A stretch of 64,000 nucleotides of DNA from Rhizodiscina lignyota (lineage: Eukaryota): assembly GCA_010015805.1 (NCBI GenBank), contig ML978136.1:62001-126000 (forward strand), written 5' to 3'. The notes under the pieces were generated by a model that saw nothing but the letters and a program-made list of their open reading frames with translations, made no database searches and was not told the DNA's origin. Of the stretch, positions 62,669 through 64,000 are shown in pieces. Numbering within the stretch: position 1 is the first letter of the stretch; the number at the start of each line of letters is the position of its first letter. A program made the translations under genes and the position numbers.

Positions 62669-63850
62669 TCAAGGAGTATCTAAACGCAGAAAGAGTTCCC
62701 TGGAGATCAAATCAAGTGTAATAGTCTCCTCTTCTGCATCCTTCAACAGCCCCATGCTCATCGGCGTTGCCATCGAGCTCGCGAAACCGACACGTCTGTA
62801 TACCTCGTTACCTGTGGCTATCTGGAGGATTAACGCACCCACGCGACTGTACGTCGACATTAAACAGTAATGCACTGTCTTGCCGTCATTTGTTCTTCGT
62901 CTTCTATTGTATCCATGCTACGGCAATAAGATCGGACAAAATGGAAACCGCGACCGAATGACTGTAATGATCTCTTAGCTCCATTATTTGAGCCTTCCAC
63001 CATCGATGATACAACTTGGTTCGTTGATTGCCGGGATATTCATAAGGTTCTAGCAAATTCCCTCGCATTGAAAGATCTTCTACACGAGCCGGCGTAGGAA
63101 GTATTATCTCTTCTAACTCGCTACCAGCAATTGGGGCCTCAGATAGCAGCGTGAGGCTTGCCCAGTCATTCAGGAGACCCGCCATTAGTGATTGGATAGT
63201 AGATGAGCTGCTGGACTGCTCCTCCGGTGGCCATCTCGGGTGTGCCGCTATTCTGTTCTCAGCTTCTCGGAAAGACCGGCCAAGGGAAAGGGGCCTGGTT
63301 AGCCGCCAGTGAGTGCACTTGGAGGGCTGAGATTGACAAGACTGCGAATTTTCATTTGCTATCTGCATAATGGAAGCTGGGCTAAGGGTCTTAAGGAAGT
63401 TGAGTTGGATGCTGAACTGGGAAGGCTGAACGGACGTAGAGCAATCGGGCGCTTGCAGTGTAACATATCACCAACGCTCTTAGGTGTACTCTACGGAGGA
63501 GCCAGTTTTTCGTGAGTGTATGAGGCCTGTAAAGGTGTCCCTTTCTGCGACAACGAGAAGCAAATCTTCTAAGACATGCCTAGCAAGCTACACCCTGACA
63601 GCCTCGAATGTCAAGTCACTAATATGCAGAAGCTTCTTGGAAGGGTTGAGGGCGACTGTAACAGAGTGGCTCTGTAGACTGTGTGCTCGCGGGAAAGTAG
63701 CTCCTTCATAAGGGCGAGTTTGTGTTTGTTTTACCGTGTGCGAACAAGGGCAGATATGCTTCGTAGAGAGCAGTCCTGGAAGTCAGATTGCTAGATGAAC
63801 ACTCGAAATCAGGGGAATCTCGATGCCATTCGGCGGTGAAATCCATCATG
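62669..63850 (-). pseudogene. Degenerate relic resembling a HET-protein C-terminal region
   Basis: Fragments LYHRWW..YS..SDLIAVA and LILQ..YRRVG..EETITL lie in different frames, with several stops upstream. Confidence 0.3.
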
Positions 63851-64000
63851 ATTGTTGAACATATAAGATTGTACTCATGACACTCTTCTATCTACCACGT
63901 CGAGAGAATTACTCCGGTGTCAGAAGAAGCGCGTTTACAACGCAACGACACAAGCAACTCAATGGACCCAGAAGCATTGCGCAGGATACGAACAGCATTT

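Overview
Eukaryotic DNA from a filamentous ascomycete (Pezizomycotina; Dothideomycete-like is inference only), with short GT-AG introns and CTRAY branch points. About 20 intact genes: amidase, DHA2-type MFS transporter, GH12 glucanase, Fe-ADH, a GPI-tailed PAF-acetylhydrolase-like esterase, Srk1/Rck2 kinase, a large AT-hook protein, Mtc1, a small DUF2462-like protein missed by the ORF track, Ptr2, Rpd3, Rpn11, an AidB-like acyl-CoA dehydrogenase, an Rdx (SelW-like) protein, a C2H2 transcription factor, Agc1, a HET-domain protein and a DUF7053-like protein. The standout is a secreted precursor at 30741-32578, interrupted by a 960-N gap. Kex2-type DKR sites divide it into ~102-aa modules, each made of six ~15-aa 'FGDAxAxSxAxAxx[RE]' repeats with strictly alternating Ala/Ser. 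This is a candidate flat beta-solenoid, amyloid or ice-interacting surface protein. Also noted: a 51-nt in-frame exon in srk1 that could be skipped, a CRE-motif cluster upstream of srk1, a nonsense-interrupted GGCT-like gene, and a gene-poor, decayed region (52.9-64 kb) around the HET gene. No tRNA, rRNA, CRISPR or intact transposon was recognised. Family assignments are from motif recognition, not database searches.
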